Under the pieces are notes generated by a model, which had not been told where the DNA came from, ran no database searches, and saw only the letters and a program-made list of their open reading frames with translations. A DNA stretch of 64,000 nucleotides from an uncultured Spirochaetota bacterium (lineage in GTDB: Bacteria; Spirochaetota; Brevinematia; Brevinematales; JAOACQ01): positions 256,001-320,000 of the forward strand of contig CAWIGG010000004.1 in NCBI GenBank assembly GCA_963835575.1, written 5' to 3'. Below are positions 30,252 through 38,618 of the stretch, piece after piece (positions within the stretch are counted from its first letter, which is position 1; the number at the start of each line of letters is the position of its first letter). The position numbers were made by a program, and so were the translations under genes.

Positions 30252-30656
30252 ATGGCGAATGAATTAGATGATGTAAAGGTTGGTACAATCGGTATTAAGA
30301 AACCTTTTACCGTCACTCTTGAAATGCCGGTTTCAAAAGCGGCAGAGAAAATGCTGAGGGAAAAGGTCCATAGTTTAATCGTTGTCGACAAAACAGGCAA
30401 ACCGGTTGGCGTTGTTTCAGCCTGGGATGTTCTTAAAATAACTTTTTTATCTGAAAGCGCCCGTGAAATGCCTGTGACAAAACTCATTGAAGGACAAAAG
30501 CTCCTGTTTGTTTATACGGAAGTCAGCGTCCGTGACGCGCTCAATCTGATGATTGATAAGGGAATAAGAGCCCTTCCGATTTTAGACGAAGGCGATAATC
30601 TGGTCGGAAAAATCAGCCTGACCGATATTGCCCGATTTGTAAAAGAAAAGCTGTAA
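30252..30656 (+). CDS. CBS-pair protein
   Basis: Two CBS repeats (LIVVDKTGKPVGVVSAWD and LPILDEGDNLVGKISLTD). Confidence 0.88.
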   Translation: MANELDDVKVGTIGIKKPFTVTLEMPVSKAAEKMLREKVHSLIVVDKTGKPVGVVSAWDVLKITFLSESAREMPVTKLIEGQKLLFVYTEVSVRDALNLMIDKGIRALPILDEGDNLVGKISLTDIARFVKEKL

Positions 30657-30662
30657 AGTACT

Positions 30663-30689
30663 AAGGGCGCAAAATAATGCGCCCTTTTT
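30663..30689 (+). terminator. Rho-independent terminator
   Basis: AAGGGCGCA-aaataa-TGCGCCCTTTTT. Confidence 0.75.
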
Positions 30690-30710
30690 ATTCCTTTTTA
30701 AGGAGAAAAC

Positions 30711-32759
30711 ATGGGAAGATATCTTGTGACATCAGCGCTGCCTTACGCCAACGGGCCGATCCACCTGGGCCATCTTGCCGGAGCCTATCTGCCGGCCGAT
30801 ATTTTCGTCCGATACAGAAAGCTTAACGGTGATGATGTTGTATACATCTGCGGCAGCGATGAACATGGCGTGCCCATTACAATCCGCGCTGAAAAAGAAG
30901 GCGTCAGCCCCCGGGCTATCGTGGACAAATACCATAAGGAAATGCACGAAAGCTTTAAAAAAATGCGCATAGACTTCGATAATTTCTCGGGAACCGCGCG
31001 GCCGAAGCATTATGAGATTTCCCAGCGCTTTTTCCTTGATTTATATGAAAATAATCATATAATGGTAAAAACAGAAGAACAGTTTTTTGATGAAAAGCAG
31101 AAACGTTTTCTTCCAGACCGCTATATTGAAGGCAATTGCCCGCATTGCGGCTACGACAAAGCGCGGGGCGACCAGTGCGACAAATGCGGCCGCCTGCTCA
31201 ATCCTGTGGATCTTATTAATCCAAAAAGCGTTTTATCCGGGGAAAAACCTGTTATTAAAAAAACCCAGCACTGGTATCTCAAGCTTCAGGACTTCGAGGA
31301 TAAAATTATTACCTGGATTAAATCCAAGGAAAATTGGAAAGACAATGTCCGCAATTTTGTCCTGGGCTGGATTGATAAGGAAGGCCTCCGGGAAAGGGCC
31401 ATCACGCGCGACATCGACTGGGGCATTCCGGTCCCTTTAAAAGACAAGGAAGCCAAAGGAAAGGTTTTGTATGTCTGGTTTGACGCCCCGATCGGCTATA
31501 TTTCCTCAACGGTTGAATGGGCGGAAAAAACAGGCCAGCCTGAAAAATGGAAGGAATACTGGTTAAACCAGGATACCAGGCTGATCCATTTTATCGGCAA
31601 AGACAATATTCCTTTCCATGCCGTGATATGGCCCGCGGTATTGATGGGACAAAATCAGGGATATGTGCTTCCATATGATATACCCGCCAACGAATACCTG
31701 ACGCTTGAAGGCGAGAAATTATCAACTTCTCAGAATTGGGCCGTCTGGGTTGATGAATACCTGGAAAACTTTCCTCCCGATCCTCTCCGTTATTTTCTCT
31801 CATCCAACGCCCCTGAAACAAAAGACGCGGATTTTTCCTGGAAGTCTTTTCAGGCAAGGAATAACGATGAACTATCCAATATTCTGGGTAATTTTGCCAA
31901 CAGGACGCTGACCTTTATAAAAAGTAACTGCAAGGGGGTTATACCCGCCGGGGAATATTCATTTGAAGATGAAACAACATTTTCATTCCTGGATAAAAAA
32001 ATCAATGAATTGCGGAATAATTTTGAAACTTACCATGTCAGGGAAGCCGCTAAAACACTCATGGATATCGCGAGAATCGGAAATAAATATTTCGACGAGT
32101 TGAAACCATGGGCATTAAAAAAGGGAAATCCTAAAAAAATGGACACATCGATGAATGTCTGCATGAATATTTTGAGGGTCCTCTCTGTCGCCATGTACCC
32201 CTTTATGCCGGATTCAGCTCAAAAGCTCTGGAAAATGATCGGTGAAGAGGGCAATCTTGTTGATGAAAAATGGGATAAACTTGCCTCCGCACGCATTAAG
32301 CCGGGGCAGAAGATCGGAGAACCGGAAATACTCTTTGTGAAATATGAAGATAAAATTATTCAAGAGCAGATCGACCATCTCCTGAAAAAATCAAATAGAG
32401 CTTCCAAGCCTGCTTCTGAAAAAGTTTCTGAAACTGTAACAATAGATGATTTCAAGAAATTAGATTTAAGAGTCGCGGAAATTATAGAGGCGGCGCCCCT
32501 TGAAAAATCCAACAAATTACTCAAATTGAAAGTCCGCGTCGGAGGGAATGAAAAGCAAATTCTTGCCGGGATAAAAGCTCATTATGCTCCCGAACAGCTT
32601 GTTGGAAGAAAAGTCATCATCATTAATAATCTGGCGCCGGCAAAGCTGATGGGCGAAACGTCCGAGGGAATGCTTTTGGCCGCGAGCAGCGACGATCATA
32701 CCAAAGTTATCTTCCTCACGCCTGAATCGGATATAGAAAGCGGCGCTAAAGTAAACTAA
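30711..32759 (+). CDS. metG: Methionine-tRNA ligase with a C-terminal tRNA-binding domain
   Basis: ALPYANGPIHLGH, GSDEHG, CPHC/CDKC knuckle, YVWFDAP, KLSTS (KMSKS-like), C-terminal TIDDFKKLDLRV. Confidence 0.97.
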   Translation: MGRYLVTSALPYANGPIHLGHLAGAYLPADIFVRYRKLNGDDVVYICGSDEHGVPITIRAEKEGVSPRAIVDKYHKEMHESFKKMRIDFDNFSGTARPKHYEISQRFFLDLYENNHIMVKTEEQFFDEKQKRFLPDRYIEGNCPHCGYDKARGDQCDKCGRLLNPVDLINPKSVLSGEKPVIKKTQHWYLKLQDFEDKIITWIKSKENWKDNVRNFVLGWIDKEGLRERAITRDIDWGIPVPLKDKEAKGKVLYVWFDAPIGYISSTVEWAEKTGQPEKWKEYWLNQDTRLIHFIGKDNIPFHAVIWPAVLMGQNQGYVLPYDIPANEYLTLEGEKLSTSQNWAVWVDEYLENFPPDPLRYFLSSNAPETKDADFSWKSFQARNNDELSNILGNFANRTLTFIKSNCKGVIPAGEYSFEDETTFSFLDKKINELRNNFETYHVREAAKTLMDIARIGNKYFDELKPWALKKGNPKKMDTSMNVCMNILRVLSVAMYPFMPDSAQKLWKMIGEEGNLVDEKWDKLASARIKPGQKIGEPEILFVKYEDKIIQEQIDHLLKKSNRASKPASEKVSETVTIDDFKKLDLRVAEIIEAAPLEKSNKLLKLKVRVGGNEKQILAGIKAHYAPEQLVGRKVIIINNLAPAKLMGETSEGMLLAASSDDHTKVIFLTPESDIESGAKVN

Positions 32760-32761
32760 AA

Positions 32762-33730
32762 CTAAATATAAGCCGCTAAAGCCCTTTCAAGTCTTTTGAT
32801 ATCATGCTCCGTGTGAAGCGTGCTGATAAAACCGGCATCTCCTTTCATTATAATTCCATATTTAAGAAGCTCAGTCGGAGTAAAAACCCGCTTTAATTTA
32901 AAAATGCTTTTGTTCTGAAACGAAACTGCCGGGGAATGAATACTTTGGGTATTATAATTGAAAGGCCGCGTTCTAAAAAAATATTTCATTGTTTCCAATA
33001 TGGCAAGGGCTTTATAGGACGGGATATTTTCGCCTGGTATTTCCATGGCAGAGATAATTACTGCCGCGTCCATCCCATTCGCTATATTATTCGCGCTGAG
33101 TATAATTGGAATATCCTTTAAATTTCTGATGAAGCTTTTATTTAATCGGAAAGCGGCCCTGCTTTCAAAAGAACATTTCAATTCGGCCCGGCAGATTGAA
33201 TAATCGTATTCACTCAAATCCCCGTCAAAATCCAGGGGTTCAAAAATGAAGAGGTCATATACTTTATCTGCTTCGGCTTTTTCGATTTTCATTCCCGGAA
33301 AAATAACATTAAGCAGCCTCAGTAAAAAAACGGTATTGACCCCGGTTGATTGGGGTTTCAATGTATTGAAGAGCGAAATGAGAGCTGTCTGGATTGAATT
33401 ATAGAACGAAATACAATCAAATAAAGCGATTTCTTTAAATTGTTTTACCAGAGAATTATAAAACTTGCTTAAAAAACAGGTTGATGTCCCGGCAGAAATC
33501 CCATTCTTAATATAAGCCGTAAGAAGCGGGTTATTGTGCCCGCAGATAACCGAACCGTTGTTTAAATAAAAATCCGCATACTTGTTCCCGTCCAGATCAT
33601 AAACATACTGATTCTTTTCTTTTTTGACCACAACAGGCAGGCTTTTATCAAACAAAGAGTTTTTTAAAGAATTGATATGACTTTCCGAAAACCGGGTCAA
33701 AAAACTCTCGATTTGAGGAAATTCGGACAT
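32762..33730 (-). CDS. Divergent class-III aminotransferase (HemL-like), probably catalytically inactive
   Basis: N-terminus YVYDLDGNKYADF...ICGHNNP and C-terminus FISTLHTEHDI resemble HemL. The FDEV and GK motifs appear replaced by FESR and ANN. Only 322 aa. Confidence 0.6.
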   Translation of the reverse strand: MSEFPQIESFLTRFSESHINSLKNSLFDKSLPVVVKKEKNQYVYDLDGNKYADFYLNNGSVICGHNNPLLTAYIKNGISAGTSTCFLSKFYNSLVKQFKEIALFDCISFYNSIQTALISLFNTLKPQSTGVNTVFLLRLLNVIFPGMKIEKAEADKVYDLFIFEPLDFDGDLSEYDYSICRAELKCSFESRAAFRLNKSFIRNLKDIPIILSANNIANGMDAAVIISAMEIPGENIPSYKALAILETMKYFFRTRPFNYNTQSIHSPAVSFQNKSIFKLKRVFTPTELLKYGIIMKGDAGFISTLHTEHDIKRLERALAAYI

Positions 33731-33753
33731 CTTTTCTCCCGTATCTTAATATT

Positions 33754-33790
33754 GTCATTTCTAAAAACTTAAAAAGTTTTTAGAAATGAC
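33754..33790. repeat. Dispersed palindrome, family P copy 1
   Basis: GTCATTTCTAAAAACTT-aaa-AAGTTTTTAGAAATGAC, 17-bp perfect arms. Confidence 0.85.
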
Positions 33791-33806
33791 TGTTATACCA
33801 AATATA

Positions 33807-33845
33807 GCAGCCGCTACATATGCTCCGCATACTTCACGCGGCTGC
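33807..33845. repeat. GC-rich nested hairpin between two family P palindromes
   Basis: GCAGCCGC...TATGC-tcc-GCATA...GCGGCTGC. Confidence 0.6.
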
Positions 33846-33870
33846 GTCGTTTTTATTTTCCTGAAGTTCA

Positions 33871-33924
33871 TTTTATTTAGGCAGTTCCAAAAAATTTTAA
33901 GTTTTTGGAACTGCCTAAATAAAA
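33871..33924. repeat. Dispersed palindrome, family P copy 2
   Basis: TTTTATTTAGGCAGTTCCAAAAA...TTTTTGGAACTGCCTAAATAAAA, 23-bp perfect arms. Confidence 0.85.
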
Positions 33925-33954
33925 AAAGGGGCTGTCCGGAATAGAACAGCCCCT
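33921..33954 (-). terminator. rny terminator
   Basis: Minus strand AGGGGCTGTTC-tattcc-GGACAGCCCCT plus a T run, 8 bp after the rny stop. Confidence 0.8.
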
Positions 33955-33962
33955 GAGTATGA

Positions 33963-35495
33963 TTACTTTGCGTATTCTATTACACGCGTTTCTCTTATGA
34001 GGGTCACTTTGATCTGACCGGGGTATTTCATCTCGTTCTCTATCTTATGCGCTATATCCTTGGCTAATATATAAGCCGTTTCATCATTCACGACTTCGCT
34101 CGCAACAAATACGCGCACCTCTCTTCCGGCCTGAATTGCATATGCCTTTTCAATCCCCTGGAAAGAAGTCGCGATATTCTCCAGGTTCTGGAGCCGCTTC
34201 AAATATTCTTCAAAGGATTCACGCCGCGCACCCGGCCTTGAGGCAGAAATGGCATCAGCAGCCATCACAATGGACGCTTCAATATACTTGAGTTCGGCTT
34301 CTCCATGGTGCGCCGCTATTGCGTTAACAATATTATCAGGCATGCCGTATTTGTGGGCAACTTCCGCTCCCACAAGAGAATGGACTCCTTCTCCGGTTGT
34401 TTTAATTCCTTTTCCAATATCATGGAGAAGTCCCGCCACTTTAGCATGATCGACATTAGTACGCAATTCACCGGCTATCATACCGGCAAAATTCGCGACT
34501 TCAATCGCATGATAATAAACATTCTGCCCATAGCTCGTTCTGTACTTAAGCCTTCCAATATAAGGATAAAGCTCTCTCGGCAGGCTGACTTTTAAATCAA
34601 GGCAGGCCTGTTTTCCGGCCTCAATAATCTCCTGAGTCATATCCTTTTCAACTTTAGCCGCAATCTCCTCAATCCTGGCAGGATGAATCCGCCCGTCTAC
34701 AATCAGTTTTTCAAGCGATTGCTTGGCTACTTCTCTCCTGTAAGGATCGAAGGAGGATATGATCACTACTTCCGGCGTATCGTCAATAATTAAATCCACA
34801 CCGGCGATGGATTCAAAGGCTCTGATATTTCTTCCCTCTCTACCGATGATTCTGCCTTTCATCTCATCATTGGGCAAGGTAACAGTAGAAATGGTCTTTT
34901 CCGCGGTGACTTCAGCCGCATTCCTCTGAATAGCAGAAACAACAATCTCACGCGCCTTTGATTCGCCCTGATCCCGGGCTTCATCTTCAATTTTCTTAAT
35001 AATATTGATAGAATCTCTCTTGGCTTCTTCAGTCATTTCCAATATGAGCTGTTGTTTTGCTTCGGCGGCCGTCATCTGCGCAACCCTCTCCAATTCATGA
35101 AGATGGCGCTCATAAGCTTTCTTTAACTCTTCCGACTTCCGCTTAAACTCCTTTTCCTCATTTTCCAGCTCTCTTTCTTTCTTCTCCAGAGATTCTATTC
35201 TTTTGTCCAGTGCATCTTCTTTCTGCACCAGACGGCGCTGAGCTTGCTGAAGTTCAAAATTCCTTTCTTTAAATTCTCTGTCTAACTGCTTTCTTTCTTC
35301 AATTACCTTGTCTTTGCCTTCAAGTAAAACTTCTCTTTTTCTGGCTTCCGCTTCCCTTTCCGCAGATTCCAGAATTTCCTTTACTTTTTCTTCGGCAGAT
35401 TCTAACCGGTACTTTGCGATGAGCTTCCTCACAAAGTAACCGGCAATACATCCAACTAAAAGAGAGGGGAGAGCCGTCAAAAATACGATCCACAT
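33963..35495 (-). CDS. rny: Ribonuclease Y
   Basis: N-terminal TM and coiled coil; KH domain KGRIIGREGRNIR; HD domain LLHDIGK; SRPGARRE; YPGQIKV. Confidence 0.97.
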   Translation of the reverse strand: MWIVFLTALPSLLVGCIAGYFVRKLIAKYRLESAEEKVKEILESAEREAEARKREVLLEGKDKVIEERKQLDREFKERNFELQQAQRRLVQKEDALDKRIESLEKKERELENEEKEFKRKSEELKKAYERHLHELERVAQMTAAEAKQQLILEMTEEAKRDSINIIKKIEDEARDQGESKAREIVVSAIQRNAAEVTAEKTISTVTLPNDEMKGRIIGREGRNIRAFESIAGVDLIIDDTPEVVIISSFDPYRREVAKQSLEKLIVDGRIHPARIEEIAAKVEKDMTQEIIEAGKQACLDLKVSLPRELYPYIGRLKYRTSYGQNVYYHAIEVANFAGMIAGELRTNVDHAKVAGLLHDIGKGIKTTGEGVHSLVGAEVAHKYGMPDNIVNAIAAHHGEAELKYIEASIVMAADAISASRPGARRESFEEYLKRLQNLENIATSFQGIEKAYAIQAGREVRVFVASEVVNDETAYILAKDIAHKIENEMKYPGQIKVTLIRETRVIEYAK

Positions 35496-35536
35496 ATACT
35501 TCCCCTACAAAATATTTACCATTTTCTTACTGTAAT

Positions 35537-35565
35537 AATTTAAAATCAATTTCAATTACTGTCAA
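35537..35565 (-). promoter_or_regulatory. Sigma70-type promoter for rny
   Basis: TTGACA-N17-TAAATT on the minus strand. Confidence 0.6.
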
Positions 35566-35646
35566 GGTATTGAACCTTTTTTTTGTTAAAAAGTTATTAA
35601 AACCATGTGCGCTTTTCCATCACAAAAGTCATTCCAGAATAGTCTC

Positions 35647-36246
35647 TTATTTATCAAGAACAGACCATATGCCGATTTTATGCTTCTGAGCGTATTTTTC
35701 AGCTTTTTTGAACTCTTTTTTATAGAAACGGACAGCATCAGAACCGGTTTCCCCAATAAAATAAGTTCTGGCCAGTCCGCTTTTTACCAGGTAAAAGTTT
35801 ACATTTGTCTCATTTAAAAAGATCAATCCCAGTAATCTGTTATAAATATCCTTTTGTTCCGTTAGCGGAAGTATTAAATCAATATCCTGATGAAAAGGCA
35901 AAAGCTCTTGAAGAGAGACTTTTGCCATTTCTCCCAGCTTTTTAATTTCAGATTTTTTGATTGTATTTCCCCTGGAACGAAGCGAAAGCATTCCGCGCTC
36001 AAGGCGGGAATTATTCCATGTTTCCAGAGTATCAATGAATAAAAACCTTACATAATTAGTCTCAAATTGAGCGCCATTGCTTTCATTATTATGCTCAATA
36101 ATAATGGTATCACCGTCAATGACGCGCAAAACCCTGGCTTTCATACTGATTATACCTGGAGAAGGATATTTAATATTCAAATCATCAGAGAGGCCGCTGT
36201 TTAGAGAACTTATTAATATTATAAATAAAAAGATTAGAAACTTCAT
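35647..36246 (-). CDS. Thermonuclease (SNase-family), secreted or membrane-anchored
   Basis: Signal/TM segment; RVIDGDT, VRFLFIDTLE, DIYNRLLG, LVKSGLA, AQKHKIGIWS. Confidence 0.88.
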   Translation of the reverse strand: MKFLIFLFIILISSLNSGLSDDLNIKYPSPGIISMKARVLRVIDGDTIIIEHNNESNGAQFETNYVRFLFIDTLETWNNSRLERGMLSLRSRGNTIKKSEIKKLGEMAKVSLQELLPFHQDIDLILPLTEQKDIYNRLLGLIFLNETNVNFYLVKSGLARTYFIGETGSDAVRFYKKEFKKAEKYAQKHKIGIWSVLDK

Positions 36247-36261
36247 CCCGCAGAGTATCTA

Positions 36262-37137
36262 TCAATCTTTATTTTTAAAAAATATATTCATGAATTTCTG
36301 CCATCCGGTATGATCATCCGAAACTTCCATATTCAATACCCTTCTCGCAATATGGTTGACGCAAACCGCAACATTTGAATGCGGATCCAATACGACAAAA
36401 GGCGTCTGCTTCCGGACCGCTTCGCCGATCAGAGGGTCTTCGTATATAAAGCCGAAATTATCTATTTTAATATTCAGGAACTGGGCGCAGATATCGATGA
36501 TCTTTTTTGATACTTTATTTGCCTCGATATTGGTCCTCACCCGGTTTAAAACCAGCTTGATATTTGGGCTTTCGGATTCAGTCACAATCGCTTTTATAAT
36601 ACCGTAAGCGTCGGTCATGGAAGTCGGTTCAGGCGTTGTTATAACTATGGTTTCATGCGCGGCCAGTACAAATGACAGTACATTTTTCGATATGCCCGCG
36701 GACGTATCAATTATAATATAATCCGCGTAGCTGATCTCTTTGAGCGCGTCTATCAGGTTCTGCTTTTCCTCATCTTTAAGATTGGCAAGCTGGGTAAAGC
36801 CGGAAGCGCCGCCGATAATATCCACGCCCACCTCTGTTTTATAAATAATTTCAGACATCTTCTTCTGCCCTTTCATGACATGATAAAGGTTATGTTTCGG
36901 AATCAGTCCTAATAAGACATGAATATTGGCAAGCCCGAGATCGGCATCAAATACGATCACTTTTTTAGGATGATCTTTCATATTGGCCAGGCTTATTCCC
37001 AGGTTCAGGGCAAAACTGCTTTTTCCCACGCCGCCTTTACCTGAAGTAATGGAAATAATCTGCGTGTTTGATCTGGGAAAACCACCCATCATCCGCCTTA
37101 ATCCCTCAGCCTGATCCGGCCCCAGAATGGTTGACAT
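36262..37137 (-). CDS. flhG: MinD-like flagellar number regulator FlhG/FleN
   Basis: DQAEGLR N-terminal motif, SGKGGVGKS, DADLGLAN, TPEPTSMTDAY. Confidence 0.93.
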   Translation of the reverse strand: MSTILGPDQAEGLRRMMGGFPRSNTQIISITSGKGGVGKSSFALNLGISLANMKDHPKKVIVFDADLGLANIHVLLGLIPKHNLYHVMKGQKKMSEIIYKTEVGVDIIGGASGFTQLANLKDEEKQNLIDALKEISYADYIIIDTSAGISKNVLSFVLAAHETIVITTPEPTSMTDAYGIIKAIVTESESPNIKLVLNRVRTNIEANKVSKKIIDICAQFLNIKIDNFGFIYEDPLIGEAVRKQTPFVVLDPHSNVAVCVNHIARRVLNMEVSDDHTGWQKFMNIFFKNKD

Positions 37138-37191
37138 AACGGTACCTCAAAGTATTATTTATTTACAAAAAAAAGCTTTTGTTCAGAGTCA

Positions 37192-37230
37192 TGCTGCCGC
37201 CCGAGTTCTTGCGAACTCTACACGGCAGCA
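37192..37230. repeat. GC-rich nested hairpin next to family P copy 3
   Basis: TGCTGCCG...GAGTTC-ttgc-GAACTC...CGGCAGCA. Confidence 0.6.
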
Positions 37231-37264
37231 GAATTAACATTATCCAAAAAGTCATTTATAACAG

Positions 37265-37301
37265 GAACAATTTCAAAAATTATTAATTTTTGAAATTGTT
37301 C
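37265..37301. repeat. Dispersed palindrome, family P copy 3
   Basis: GAACAATTTCAAAAATTA-t-TAATTTTTGAAATTGTTC, abutting the flhF stop. Confidence 0.8.
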
Positions 37302-38597
37302 TTATTTTAATGAATCGGCAATTAACCGATCTACATTAGCAATTTCAAAGTCTTCCGGCACTCCCTGGCCGTTTGTTATGAATGAAAGCGGTTTTTTAGT
37401 CTGGTAAAGCGAAGAAACGATTGAGCCCAGGTATACTGTCTCGTCCAGCTTTGTCGCGATGATGTGAGAAAAATCAAGGCATGAATAACTGTTCACGACC
37501 AGATCCAGGTCTTTAGGCTTGGTGGTAGCGCTGACGACAAGATGAATGTCAAATTTATGTTTTGCTTTTTTCAGCCAATCCGACAGCTCTTTAATCACAA
37601 CGGCGTCTTTCGGGCTTTTCCCGGCGGTATCGATAAAAGTATAATGCGTCTCATCCTGCTCCAGAAGCTCATAAAACTGATCTTCCTTATTGATCGGGTA
37701 AAAAGGCGCTTTCATCAGGTCTGAATATGTTTTAAGCTGTGAGTCCGCCCCAACTTTGTATCTGTCGATGGAAATAAAACGGAGAGACTTCTGGCGTATT
37801 ACGGCTATATGGGCCGCCATTTTGATAATGCTCACGGTTTTTCCCACACCGGTTGGTCCCACAAAGAGAATATTTTTGCCGTTATTATAATTCTCCATCA
37901 GGATATCTTCCCTGTTGATATTTGCCTTCAGGAAGTCGCGGATCGTTGTCAGCACCTGCGCTTTATCAATCAGGACATCATTTTTCTGCATTTTCAGATA
38001 TTCCTGGATATCATGAATAACCTGGGGATGAAATTCCCTTTCCCTGAGGAATTCCTCGGCCCATTGAATATTTTTCTGCGAAATCTCCAGGTCCTGCATG
38101 ATCTTTTTTTTGTTTTCAAGGGACGTGTTCCTGGTATTTTTCATCAATCCCTCTTTGATCTCATCAAATTCATTCTTGATATAACTCTGGATCTGTTCTA
38201 GCGAGCTCTTCAGGTTCTGGACTTCTTCCTCCAGTTTCTTGTTTTTTTCGGCTTCTGCAAGAATATGCTTCGCGTTTAAAAGAGAAGATGATGGCGCCGG
38301 TCTTTTATAATTTGCCATCATGTCGGCGGTATTACTCTCGTCATCTTTAAAAAGAGTGGGCTGGAGCACATTTTTCTTAACGCTTGATCTTTTCTCCCTT
38401 TCAAGTATCCTGGTTTCGTCTATACATGCCGTGGCAATCCAGACTGTTTCCTTTCTTAAGCCTAAAAATCTTCTCCTCTCCTCAGGATAAGTCCTTATGA
38501 GCATGGTTTCTTTGATTCTGTTTTCTACCCGGGCGGCCATAAACATTTTATCAACAGCTTCCTGCTTGGTCTTCCCTTCATAAATGGCATACCTCAT
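37302..38597 (-). CDS. flhF: Flagellar SRP-type GTPase FlhF
   Basis: GPTGVGKT, DRYKVGA, DTAGKS, TKLDET, NGQGVPED; lies between flhA and flhG. Confidence 0.92.
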   Translation of the reverse strand: MRYAIYEGKTKQEAVDKMFMAARVENRIKETMLIRTYPEERRRFLGLRKETVWIATACIDETRILEREKRSSVKKNVLQPTLFKDDESNTADMMANYKRPAPSSSLLNAKHILAEAEKNKKLEEEVQNLKSSLEQIQSYIKNEFDEIKEGLMKNTRNTSLENKKKIMQDLEISQKNIQWAEEFLREREFHPQVIHDIQEYLKMQKNDVLIDKAQVLTTIRDFLKANINREDILMENYNNGKNILFVGPTGVGKTVSIIKMAAHIAVIRQKSLRFISIDRYKVGADSQLKTYSDLMKAPFYPINKEDQFYELLEQDETHYTFIDTAGKSPKDAVVIKELSDWLKKAKHKFDIHLVVSATTKPKDLDLVVNSYSCLDFSHIIATKLDETVYLGSIVSSLYQTKKPLSFITNGQGVPEDFEIANVDRLIADSLK

Positions 38598-38618
38598 AAA
38601 AACAACTCCTCAAGAATT

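Noticed and set aside
35496..35646. 6S RNA or another ncRNA upstream of rny
   Set aside because: The interval is only 150 bp, AT-rich and occupied by a promoter, with no long rod-like pairing.
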